This document shows positions 43,489-51,231 of a stretch of DNA of 51,231 nt, one piece after another. Below the pieces are notes generated by a model. The model was not told where the DNA came from. It made no database searches and saw only the letters and a list, made by a program, of their open reading frames with translations. Both the position numbers and the translations under genes were made by a program. The stretch's first letter is position 1; each line of letters starts with the position of its first letter. The DNA is from a virus (Duplodnaviria > Heunggongvirae > Uroviricota > Caudoviricetes), in IMG/VR virus record IMGVR_UViG_3300049482_000044, positions 64,001 to 115,231 of that record; one strand, written 5' to 3'.

Positions 43489-44421
43489 ATGCAAGGAACA
43501 TACGTACTTAGTCAAAACGGTGTAGAACTCGCCCGCTCAACCAATATCATTACCACAGAGGGTAAGAAGATTATTGCTTCCTATCTGGCCGGTATTGCTC
43601 CTAGTTGGGCTGGTGCGATGGCTATTGGTACTGGAACCACCGCCGCAGTTGTTGGAGACACGCAACTCGCCCTAGAATTCGCAAGGCAGGATGTAACCAG
43701 CAAAGCCGTCCTCATCGGTGGTGGTACTGCTGGTGCTCACCGAATTATTGCCAAGACTACAGTCCCGCAGGAAATCGCCGGTAACGTGTATGAATTAGGC
43801 ATCTATTCACTATCGACTGGTGTATCGTCGGCAAGCCCAAGTAAGGTGCTCGTCGGTATGGCTGCGTCTGGTGATTGGGAGGTCTACAGCGGTGGCAACT
43901 GGATTGCCTCAGCACAGGTACCAGAAACCACATACTATCGTGCGGGCGTAGATTCGGTAACACTGGCAACCTCGGCGGCGACGACAAAATATCGCTACAA
44001 TCTAGGTTCCGCTGATTTCAGCATGTACGGTGGACTTGACAAGATCAGTTTTGGTGCTTATTATACGGTTGGCACACTTACCTCCGTTGCTCTTAAGTTC
44101 TATTCAGACGACTCAAACTACTATTCATACACACCTACTCTCGCCACCCTGATAGGTGGAGCGACAAATACTTATACAACCAGTTCATTTACTAAGTCAT
44201 CGTGGGCGGCGACCGGGTCGCCGTCCTGGTCGAATATAACAAGCATTGGTGTTGATGTAGCGAGCGCCGGGTCGGCAACAGCCCACATCGACCTGATCAG
44301 AATTGATGACTCAGACAATTCAGACCCGAACTACGCACTGGTCAGTCGCAGCATTCTAGTTGCGCCACAGACCAAGGCGGCGGGGTCTGAAATGGATATT
44401 GAATACTTCTTGGACTACTAA
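43489..44421 (+). CDS. Minor tail/baseplate-like protein
   Basis: NIITTEGKKIIASYLAG...MAIGTG....D..L..EFAR...YELGIY...K..GSEMDIEY. Confidence 0.75.
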   Translation: MQGTYVLSQNGVELARSTNIITTEGKKIIASYLAGIAPSWAGAMAIGTGTTAAVVGDTQLALEFARQDVTSKAVLIGGGTAGAHRIIAKTTVPQEIAGNVYELGIYSLSTGVSSASPSKVLVGMAASGDWEVYSGGNWIASAQVPETTYYRAGVDSVTLATSAATTKYRYNLGSADFSMYGGLDKISFGAYYTVGTLTSVALKFYSDDSNYYSYTPTLATLIGGATNTYTTSSFTKSSWAATGSPSWSNITSIGVDVASAGSATAHIDLIRIDDSDNSDPNYALVSRSILVAPQTKAAGSEMDIEYFLDY

Positions 44422-46524
44422 GTGGAATACAAACTCGATAGGCTGAAGCCTGGTGCTAAATATGTAGCACAGATTAGATCTCTTAATGACGAAGAAACTT
44501 CAGAATGGTCCCCCGGCTTTTATATCACCACACCTGTTGATACAACTATTCCTGCCAATCTAGGTACTGTTACAGCGACATATGTTAACGGCGCATTTAA
44601 GTATGCCTGGCCCGCTGTTGTATATAACGTAGACGGCACCGCTATAAAAGATCTTGACGTATATGTCGTAACGATCAGCGACGGAACAAATAGTTTTGTT
44701 GAAACAACAGAGACACTAAGTTTCGTCGTTGATCAATCTACCTATTCAGGAAAACTTGGTTCAGGCCCCACCGTCTCCTGCTCTGTCAAAGCAAGAGATT
44801 ATTCAGCAAACCAGTCTGTAACAGCATCCAGCGCCAGTCTAACCGCCCCCGTTACATCAACCGTCACCGGTTTTACAGCCACGGGTACCCAGGGCCAGAT
44901 AAGTCTTAAATGGACCGCTGTAACAAATGTTCCCGTACTAAAGTATGAAATCTATGCTGGTGATACATCGGGATTTACCCCCGACACCACAACTTTTACA
45001 AACCTTGTAACTTCGACTAGCAGTACCGATGCCATCTGGTCTGCTGGTACTACGGTTGTTACATCAAAATACTTCAAAATTCGTGCAGTATCTATCTACA
45101 GCATTCCTTCTGCTGCTTTTACGTCAGCAAACTCTTCAACCTCATTCGTGGATACCCCGCGAGACTCAACTGATATTAATACAACGCTCGGTGCAATTGG
45201 TTTCTGGAAACTAGATGAATTGTCTGGAACTACTGCTACCGATTCTGGAATCAATCTTAATAACGGAACATATACAAACGGGGTGCTGTTAAACCAGACT
45301 AAGGTATTTCCAAACGCGAGTGCTAAATCAGCATACTTTGATGGAACTGATGACCACGTAGTCATTTCCACAACTAACTACCAAGCGCTGACTAGCGCCT
45401 GGTCCGTAACTGCTGTTGTAAAGCCGGGACTGACTACAGAGCAGGTTATATTAACTCACACCTACGCTGGCGGTGGAATACCATTTATTATTGCTACTGG
45501 TGGAGCAAGCACCTCAACTACTGCTGGCAAATTTATTGTTGGTTTTTACAATGGATCGTGGCGGGCAGTTAATAGTACGACCTCCTTCGTAACTGGTCAG
45601 GCCTACGTGGTTACTGGCACATGGGATGGAACCAATCTTAAGATCTATATCAATGGACTACTTGAAGCGACTGCTGCGCCTGGATCTAGTCCAACCTCCG
45701 CCACTGCCAGCAGTATTTATATTGGAAGGCGCTGGGATTCTGCTGCTTCAAACTATTTTAATGGTAATATTTCAGATGTAAGCATTTATGGTAGATGCCT
45801 ATCTGCTACCGAGGCTTCTGCTATTTATGATGTTATTTCTGGCAGTAGCGGCGGGGGTGCCATTACTGTTAAGGATGAAGGGACGACACTTACGGCCGCT
45901 GCTACTACGATTAACTTTGTTGGGGCGGGAGTAACTTCAACAAATGTGGGCCCATCTGTAACCGTAACCGTTCCTGGCGGTGGCGGGCATGTCATCTACG
46001 AGGAAACAACTGCACTTTCACCGCGCTCGAAACTAAGATTCCTTGGTCCATCTACCGCTGTTGACAACTCTGGCAACGATTCTACTGATGTAACAGTAGT
46101 AGGTGTATTTAGTCAGGCCTCCGCGCCGTCTAGCCCCGCTGTTGGTGCGATGTGGTATGACAACGATGCCCCTGATATAGCAGCAACAGATGCTGTTGTG
46201 TCATTCGGGCCTAACAGCCAGGCTCTCACTGCTACTTATGCGACTATAACATACGTCACAACACTTACTACCGGCTCATGGTTGGTACAAATAGACGCTG
46301 ATGGAATCATTTACACCGGATATATGCCATGGAAAACTGGCTCGGTGACTGGAAATGCATTTAGCGAACTCTTGCTGACAAGGGCGAGTTTAACAACCCC
46401 GTCACAAACAATAACTGCTAGAATATATGGAGACAACACGGATAACACGCAGAAGTTCCAACTTGCTGCTACAGGAAGTTTTACAGTGACAAACCTCTAT
46501 CTTACATTTAGGAAGTTAATTTAA
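44422..46524 (+). CDS. Tail fibre/receptor-binding protein (FnIII-like + LamG + tip domain)
   Basis: LKPGAKY..QIRS...SEWS FnIII-like start; FWKLDELSGTTATDSG...LamG domain; C-terminal tip domain shared with 49614-51092. Confidence 0.8.
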   Translation: MEYKLDRLKPGAKYVAQIRSLNDEETSEWSPGFYITTPVDTTIPANLGTVTATYVNGAFKYAWPAVVYNVDGTAIKDLDVYVVTISDGTNSFVETTETLSFVVDQSTYSGKLGSGPTVSCSVKARDYSANQSVTASSASLTAPVTSTVTGFTATGTQGQISLKWTAVTNVPVLKYEIYAGDTSGFTPDTTTFTNLVTSTSSTDAIWSAGTTVVTSKYFKIRAVSIYSIPSAAFTSANSSTSFVDTPRDSTDINTTLGAIGFWKLDELSGTTATDSGINLNNGTYTNGVLLNQTKVFPNASAKSAYFDGTDDHVVISTTNYQALTSAWSVTAVVKPGLTTEQVILTHTYAGGGIPFIIATGGASTSTTAGKFIVGFYNGSWRAVNSTTSFVTGQAYVVTGTWDGTNLKIYINGLLEATAAPGSSPTSATASSIYIGRRWDSAASNYFNGNISDVSIYGRCLSATEASAIYDVISGSSGGGAITVKDEGTTLTAAATTINFVGAGVTSTNVGPSVTVTVPGGGGHVIYEETTALSPRSKLRFLGPSTAVDNSGNDSTDVTVVGVFSQASAPSSPAVGAMWYDNDAPDIAATDAVVSFGPNSQALTATYATITYVTTLTTGSWLVQIDADGIIYTGYMPWKTGSVTGNAFSELLLTRASLTTPSQTITARIYGDNTDNTQKFQLAATGSFTVTNLYLTFRKLI

Positions 46525-46967
46525 TGGCTAAGCCACTATATGTGTGGGACGGTTCAGCATGGCAACAGATTAATACACCATCTGCCGTGGTTTTTGGTAC
46601 GCCATCAAGAACAACAGTAACAGTCACTACGGCCTCGCTTGCGAATAACGCAACCGAAAATAATACAGTTACTATGGAACTGGGTTACAGGGTCTTGTCG
46701 GTAACTGTTGACAGGGCTTGTCGCATAAGGCTTTATACTAATACCACAAAGCGTACTGCAGACGCGGGGCGTGCTGTAGGAACAGATCCAACTGGTGACC
46801 ACGGATTAATGCTAGAACTGGTATTTACAGCCGCCGGTACTTTAACCATGTCACCCCTAGTAGACGGCTTTGTTGACTCTGGAACAGCAATACCGTATGC
46901 TATAACAAATACTTCTGGCGCTACTAGCACAGTACAGGTACAACTTACTTATTTGAGGACTCAGTAA
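46524..46967 (+). CDS. Putative fibre-associated protein
   Basis: KPLYVWDGSAWQQI start; Thr-rich beta protein. Confidence 0.7.
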   Translation: MAKPLYVWDGSAWQQINTPSAVVFGTPSRTTVTVTTASLANNATENNTVTMELGYRVLSVTVDRACRIRLYTNTTKRTADAGRAVGTDPTGDHGLMLELVFTAAGTLTMSPLVDGFVDSGTAIPYAITNTSGATSTVQVQLTYLRTQ

Positions 46968-47869
46968 TGGCAAAGGCTACGGTATCGCTCATCCTGAATC
47001 ACACAACCGATGCTGGGTATAGGGTGTGGGGGCAACAGATGAATACTTTCCTCGGAACTACCATCGCCTTAACACAGACTTCTGATACAGGGCAGGTTAA
47101 CTGGACCACAATCACTCGGCCTGGAGCGGGCACATATAATGGATATGAAATGTATAGGCTAAATGATTCTGCACAGTCAACTGCCCCATTATATATTAAA
47201 GTAGAGTATGGAACATCATCTGGTGGTACTGGCAGATCAGCCTGCAAGTTCTCCCTCGGTGAGGGGGCGAATGGAACTGGAACACTTACTGGTGCTACCT
47301 GGAATGATCTTGTTCTATTCAATTTTGCTAGCGATGGCTCTACCCAGGCGCTGGATCTTATTATGAATTGGAACTCGACCGTAGGATACCTTGGTATGTT
47401 TACGAACAACGCTGTTTATGACAATCCCTCTAACGGGTATCCGACATTTTCCTTTGAAAGGCTGAGGACTATTACTGGAACACCGTCAACTAGAGGATTT
47501 GCCGCATGTGTGCTTAATAGCACGGCTGTAAACGCCTATAGAACGTTGAACGTTGGGGCCTATGACTCAGCCACTAGCAACTCAATTCCACTTTTCTGGC
47601 CGTGGCGATCGACCGGTGCGGCGAGCGCCGGGGGTACTTTTGTTAGCGGCCTTACACCATTAACAGGCAACGGCACTCACGGACCGCTAGAAAAAACCCT
47701 CGGTTTATGTGGTCTTGGTGCTGCTGATGCTAGTGCTAGTTCTGTTTTTAGTGTCACTAGGTGGGATGGAAACGTGCATAGTTACATTACAACAAGATCT
47801 TTCGGGTCTGCCAATATGAATTCAACAGGAGTAGAAGGAAATTGCAGACATGCAATATTATGGGATTAA
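46967..47869 (+). CDS. Putative virion protein, paralog C
   Basis: 300 aa; colinear paralog of the next gene. Confidence 0.75.
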   Translation: MAKATVSLILNHTTDAGYRVWGQQMNTFLGTTIALTQTSDTGQVNWTTITRPGAGTYNGYEMYRLNDSAQSTAPLYIKVEYGTSSGGTGRSACKFSLGEGANGTGTLTGATWNDLVLFNFASDGSTQALDLIMNWNSTVGYLGMFTNNAVYDNPSNGYPTFSFERLRTITGTPSTRGFAACVLNSTAVNAYRTLNVGAYDSATSNSIPLFWPWRSTGAASAGGTFVSGLTPLTGNGTHGPLEKTLGLCGLGAADASASSVFSVTRWDGNVHSYITTRSFGSANMNSTGVEGNCRHAILWD

Positions 47870-47881
47870 TGGTGTTTAGTT

Positions 47882-48775
47882 ATGTCTAAAGGCGGCGTTA
47901 CATTAAGCATGGATCATGATACCGATGCACACTATCGGGTATATGGTCAGCAGATGAAAACCTTTCTGACAACAACCTTGGGGTTAACCCAAACTTCTGA
48001 CACCGGGCAGGCTGATTGGACGACGGCTACCAGGCCTGCGACGAACACGTTGACGGAATATGAAATCTATAGGTTCAATGATTCTGCACAATCAACCAGG
48101 CCATTTTTCTTCAAGATTCGTTATGGAACTGCATCTTCTACTGGTCGTCCGCAGGCCGACATCTCTTTTGGTGAAGGATCGAATGGAACTGGTAGTCTGA
48201 CCGGGGCTGTCACAACGTCCCAACTTTGGTACTACGGTGGGTTTAACGCAGGTATGACTTTAGATGTATCAGCAAACTGGAATGCAACTGTAGGATATTT
48301 TGGGTTATTCACTAGCAATGCCGCTGGCTATGGTCCAGATTCGTTTAAGGTTTTTTCCGTAGAAAGACTAAGGAATACCTCTGGAGGGCCCACCACTGAA
48401 GGTTTTTCTGTGGTATTTGGAAATAATACAGGAACACCAACATATAAAAGTCTTTTTCCTGGTTCTTGGTCTTCAGAAAGCGGAAACACTATCCCGCTGT
48501 TCTGGCCTGTAAGGAGTAACTCTGCCGCTTCAAGTGGTGGTACTTTTATCAGCGGACTATCTCCGTTGACTGGTAGGGGCACATTCGGGCCCCTGGAGAA
48601 AACACTCGGTTTTTGTGGTGTCGGCATGGGAGATATGGGTGCCGGTGCGAGTTTTTCGATAACTCGATGGGACTCTGTTCTTCACAATTACCTAGCCACA
48701 CCGTGCTACGGCTGCGCGCACTCAAACAGTACAGCCCAAGAGGCTAACTGTAGAAATGCAATATTATGGGATTAA
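47882..48775 (+). CDS. Putative virion protein, paralog D
   Basis: 297 aa; shares YRV.GQQM.TFL, LTQTSDTGQ, GPLEKTLG.CG and AILWD* with paralog C. Confidence 0.75.
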   Translation: MSKGGVTLSMDHDTDAHYRVYGQQMKTFLTTTLGLTQTSDTGQADWTTATRPATNTLTEYEIYRFNDSAQSTRPFFFKIRYGTASSTGRPQADISFGEGSNGTGSLTGAVTTSQLWYYGGFNAGMTLDVSANWNATVGYFGLFTSNAAGYGPDSFKVFSVERLRNTSGGPTTEGFSVVFGNNTGTPTYKSLFPGSWSSESGNTIPLFWPVRSNSAASSGGTFISGLSPLTGRGTFGPLEKTLGFCGVGMGDMGAGASFSITRWDSVLHNYLATPCYGCAHSNSTAQEANCRNAILWD

Positions 48776-48778
48776 CAT

Positions 48779-49585
48779 ATGTCATACGCATCTGAGGTAT
48801 TAGCAGACAGTCCACTAGTCTATTTAAAATTGGATGAAACCTCTGGGTCTACCGCTAATGATTCATCTGGTAATGGGTACAATTTTACCTATACATCTGC
48901 CGCTCAGTTAAATAGCGGTGTGACCGCCGATGGAAGTGTAGCGGTTGGAACTGACGGCACCAATGCAATAGCAAAGTACGGGTCGCTGGTTCCTGGTCTG
49001 GGGAGTCCCACAGCATTCACCCTTGAGGCCTACGTATATATAGAAACAACAGTCGAGTCGGGTGGCTTCATTGCTGTAGGAAATAATGGTGGAAACGGAT
49101 ACGGCTATGGTGTTGGTGGACCCTCAAGTTTTGAACAGACTGGCAACCAGTTTGACGGTCTGGCTGACACCTTGGCTTGGAAAAATACCGGAGTTAATCT
49201 GGGAACCGGCTGGAGACATGTTGTGTTAGCACGAGATGCCACTGGTTGGTTTTATTATCTCGGCGGCTCGCTTGTTTCTTCTCTCAGCGCACAGTCTATA
49301 GCCACAGCGACATCAGAGGTATATATAGGTGGTTATACTGCTGGCGGAAGAGCGCTAAGCGCTGGAAATAAAATGGCGCATGCCGCTATATATACAAGCA
49401 GGTTGAGTGGCGCTAGAATTGCTACACATGCTGCTGCGGGCGCTAATTATCAGATAATGGATACACTCTTGGCGGGCGCAGTGGGAACACAGCCATCGCC
49501 TTTCTACCCGTTCGGTGAAGGCGTATCAGGTGGCGGGGCTGTAGTTCCAACAACCGGCCAGACCTGGCCTAGGGGCAATTGGTAA
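48779..49585 (+). CDS. LamG/ConA-like domain protein
   Basis: YASEVLADSPLVYLKLDETSGSTA.DSSGNG; FTLEAYV; WRHVVL; MAHAAIYTSRLS; PTTGQTWPRGN tail. Confidence 0.8.
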   Translation: MSYASEVLADSPLVYLKLDETSGSTANDSSGNGYNFTYTSAAQLNSGVTADGSVAVGTDGTNAIAKYGSLVPGLGSPTAFTLEAYVYIETTVESGGFIAVGNNGGNGYGYGVGGPSSFEQTGNQFDGLADTLAWKNTGVNLGTGWRHVVLARDATGWFYYLGGSLVSSLSAQSIATATSEVYIGGYTAGGRALSAGNKMAHAAIYTSRLSGARIATHAAAGANYQIMDTLLAGAVGTQPSPFYPFGEGVSGGGAVVPTTGQTWPRGNW

Positions 49586-49607
49586 TAGAAACTAGGGATG
49601 GTATAAT
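49579..49607 (+). promoter_or_regulatory. Sigma70-like promoter, probably leaderless
   Basis: TTGGTA-17 nt-TATAAT with TG extension; ATG 6 nt after the -10. Confidence 0.6.
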
Positions 49608-49613
49608 TCTAAT

Positions 49614-51092
49614 ATGTCAGTGAAAATCAAAGACCTTGTAATCCTGTCAACTATGACCCTCGCGGGCAACAACGTTCTCAGTACCTCCGACCGAGGTGCG
49701 GCTGGTGGCGTTGCAAGTCTTGACGGTTCTACACTCGTTCCTATTGCACAGATTCCTACAGGAACCACAGGAACTACAGTATCGCTAGGTAACCACACAC
49801 ACGCGGGTGGTGGAACAAACTACCAGACCGTACAGGATGCGGGTTCTGCCATGACCACTCGCCCGGTCCTGAACTTTGATGACACATCACTTATCACATT
49901 CACCGCCACTGACAACGCGGGGGCGACTCGAACTGACATCACCGCCACGCTTGTAACTAACCCTACAGTTGCTGGTAACCTGACAGTAACGGGAAACCTT
50001 ATCGTTAATGGTACTACCCAAACAGTCAATTCTACTACCGTAACAATTGACGACCCTGTCTTCACAATTGGTGGAGATACCGCGCCGGTGGCGGACGACA
50101 ACAAGGACCGTGGAATTGAGTACCGTTGGCACAACGGATCGGTAGCGAAAATAGGATACTTCGGATTTGATGACTCTACCGGATTCTTTACATTCATCCC
50201 CGACGCCACTAACACATCTGAAGTGTTCTCAGGAACACTAGGTGTTATCGACGCTACTAGAATCACTGGCTCGGCGGCGAGCCTGACAACCGCCCGGACC
50301 ATTAATGGTACAAACTTCGATGGTACTGGAAACATCACTATCACGGCAAATACAACAAACGCACTGACTATTGGTACTGGTCTTTCTGGAACATCATTCA
50401 ACGGCTCTGGCGCTGTAACTGTTGCTCTTGCCTCAGCATACGGTGATACAACCAACCCATATGCATCAAAGACCGCGAACTTTATTCTAGCCGCCCCATC
50501 CGGATCTGCCGGTGTTCCAGTATTCCGTGCGATGACCTCAGTAGACGTTCCTACTCTTAACCAGTCAACCACCGGCTCAGCGGCAACACTTACAACCGCT
50601 CGCACTATTGCCATTACAGGTCGAGTAACTGGTACAGCCACATCTTTTGATGGATCTGCTAACATTTCTATAGCCACAACCGCGCTGACACCAACAGAAA
50701 CAGAAATTACTACTGCCCTGGCGAACGGTTTTGGAAACGTTGTTTCATTCACGCCGGGTACTATTTCGCTAACTACCTCATACGCCTCGGTGACCGGTAT
50801 TGCTGGAACGGCGCTACCAACTGGAACCTATGAATTCCAGATTAAGTTCACTGACTCCACAAACACAATCGTATATTCTGGTATTATGTCATGGTACGGA
50901 GTAGCAGATATCGGCACCACCGGAAACAGCGAGATCCTAATGCACCAGTCAGGTAAGACTCCCGGTTCGGCAGTTCTTTACGCGCGGGTGCTACATGATC
51001 TTACCGGTACGACAACAAGGTTCCAGGTAGCAGGGTCAACGACTATGACTATGACTAGCCCGACCTTCCGCTTCCGTCGAATCTTCGACTAA
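49614..51092 (+). CDS. Tail fibre protein
   Basis: 492 aa, Thr/Gly-rich; GTTQTVNSTTVTIDDPVF...DDNKDRGIE module; SA.TLTTARTI..FDG..NI repeats; C-terminal tip domain. Confidence 0.8.
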   Translation: MSVKIKDLVILSTMTLAGNNVLSTSDRGAAGGVASLDGSTLVPIAQIPTGTTGTTVSLGNHTHAGGGTNYQTVQDAGSAMTTRPVLNFDDTSLITFTATDNAGATRTDITATLVTNPTVAGNLTVTGNLIVNGTTQTVNSTTVTIDDPVFTIGGDTAPVADDNKDRGIEYRWHNGSVAKIGYFGFDDSTGFFTFIPDATNTSEVFSGTLGVIDATRITGSAASLTTARTINGTNFDGTGNITITANTTNALTIGTGLSGTSFNGSGAVTVALASAYGDTTNPYASKTANFILAAPSGSAGVPVFRAMTSVDVPTLNQSTTGSAATLTTARTIAITGRVTGTATSFDGSANISIATTALTPTETEITTALANGFGNVVSFTPGTISLTTSYASVTGIAGTALPTGTYEFQIKFTDSTNTIVYSGIMSWYGVADIGTTGNSEILMHQSGKTPGSAVLYARVLHDLTGTTTRFQVAGSTTMTMTSPTFRFRRIFD

Positions 51093-51099
51093 GGATAAC

Positions 51100-51231
51100 A
51101 TGTCTATAAAAATAGAGGATCTAAGCCTCGGAAATACTCTTTTAACCTTCACGTCGGCAACTACTGGTGCTAGTATCAATATGCCCCATGGCGCTGCGCC
51201 AACATCGCCTGTGAACGGTGATGTCTGGACT
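51100..51231 (+). CDS. Fibre-like protein, partial (runs off the right edge)
   Basis: AAGGA RBS; MSIKIEDLSLGNTLLTFTSATTGASINMPHGAAPTSPVNGDVWT; N-terminus resembles 49614 (MSVKIKDL). Confidence 0.7.
   Translation, partial: MSIKIEDLSLGNTLLTFTSATTGASINMPHGAAPTSPVNGDVWT

Noticed and set aside
49820-50752. 310-aa minus-strand ORF
   Set aside because: Antisense shadow of the Thr/Gly-rich fibre gene; no RBS or recognisable domain.
1-51231. Stop-codon reassignment
   Set aside because: Genes are full length under the standard code, and TAA, TGA and TAG all serve as terminal stops.

Overview
This window is part of a large lytic-type tailed dsDNA phage genome (siphovirus-like, roughly 50% GC by eye). 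Gene content and order resemble large actinobacterial phages such as the Streptomyces BE/BK-like and freshwater actinophage types; that assignment is from recall, not a database search. Layout: (1) 1-5.5 kb, leftward small genes including an HNH nuclease, thyX and a secreted Rpf-like transglycosylase; (2) 5.7-10.4 kb, a GT4 glycosyltransferase, class II ribonucleotide reductase, two very acidic micro-ORFs and two endolysins; (3) 10.4-19.5 kb, a block of collagen/fibre-like genes with an embedded SAM methyltransferase; (4) a candidate structured small RNA at about 19.48-19.59 kb; (5) the head-neck-tail core (portal, protease/scaffold, capsid, major tail, frameshifted tail chaperone, 2001-aa tape measure with NlpC/P60 domain, tail hub); (6) 40.6-51.2 kb, an expanded receptor-binding arsenal. 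The most unusual items are a triplicated tail-tip gene with a near-invariant N-terminal module and exchangeable C-terminal domains, duplicated protein modules that are about 98% identical in protein but heavily diverged at synonymous sites, the candidate ncRNA with its own promoter and terminator, and a 24-nt leader shared by the major capsid and major tail genes. No terminase, integrase, tRNA, CRISPR array or reverse transcriptase was seen.
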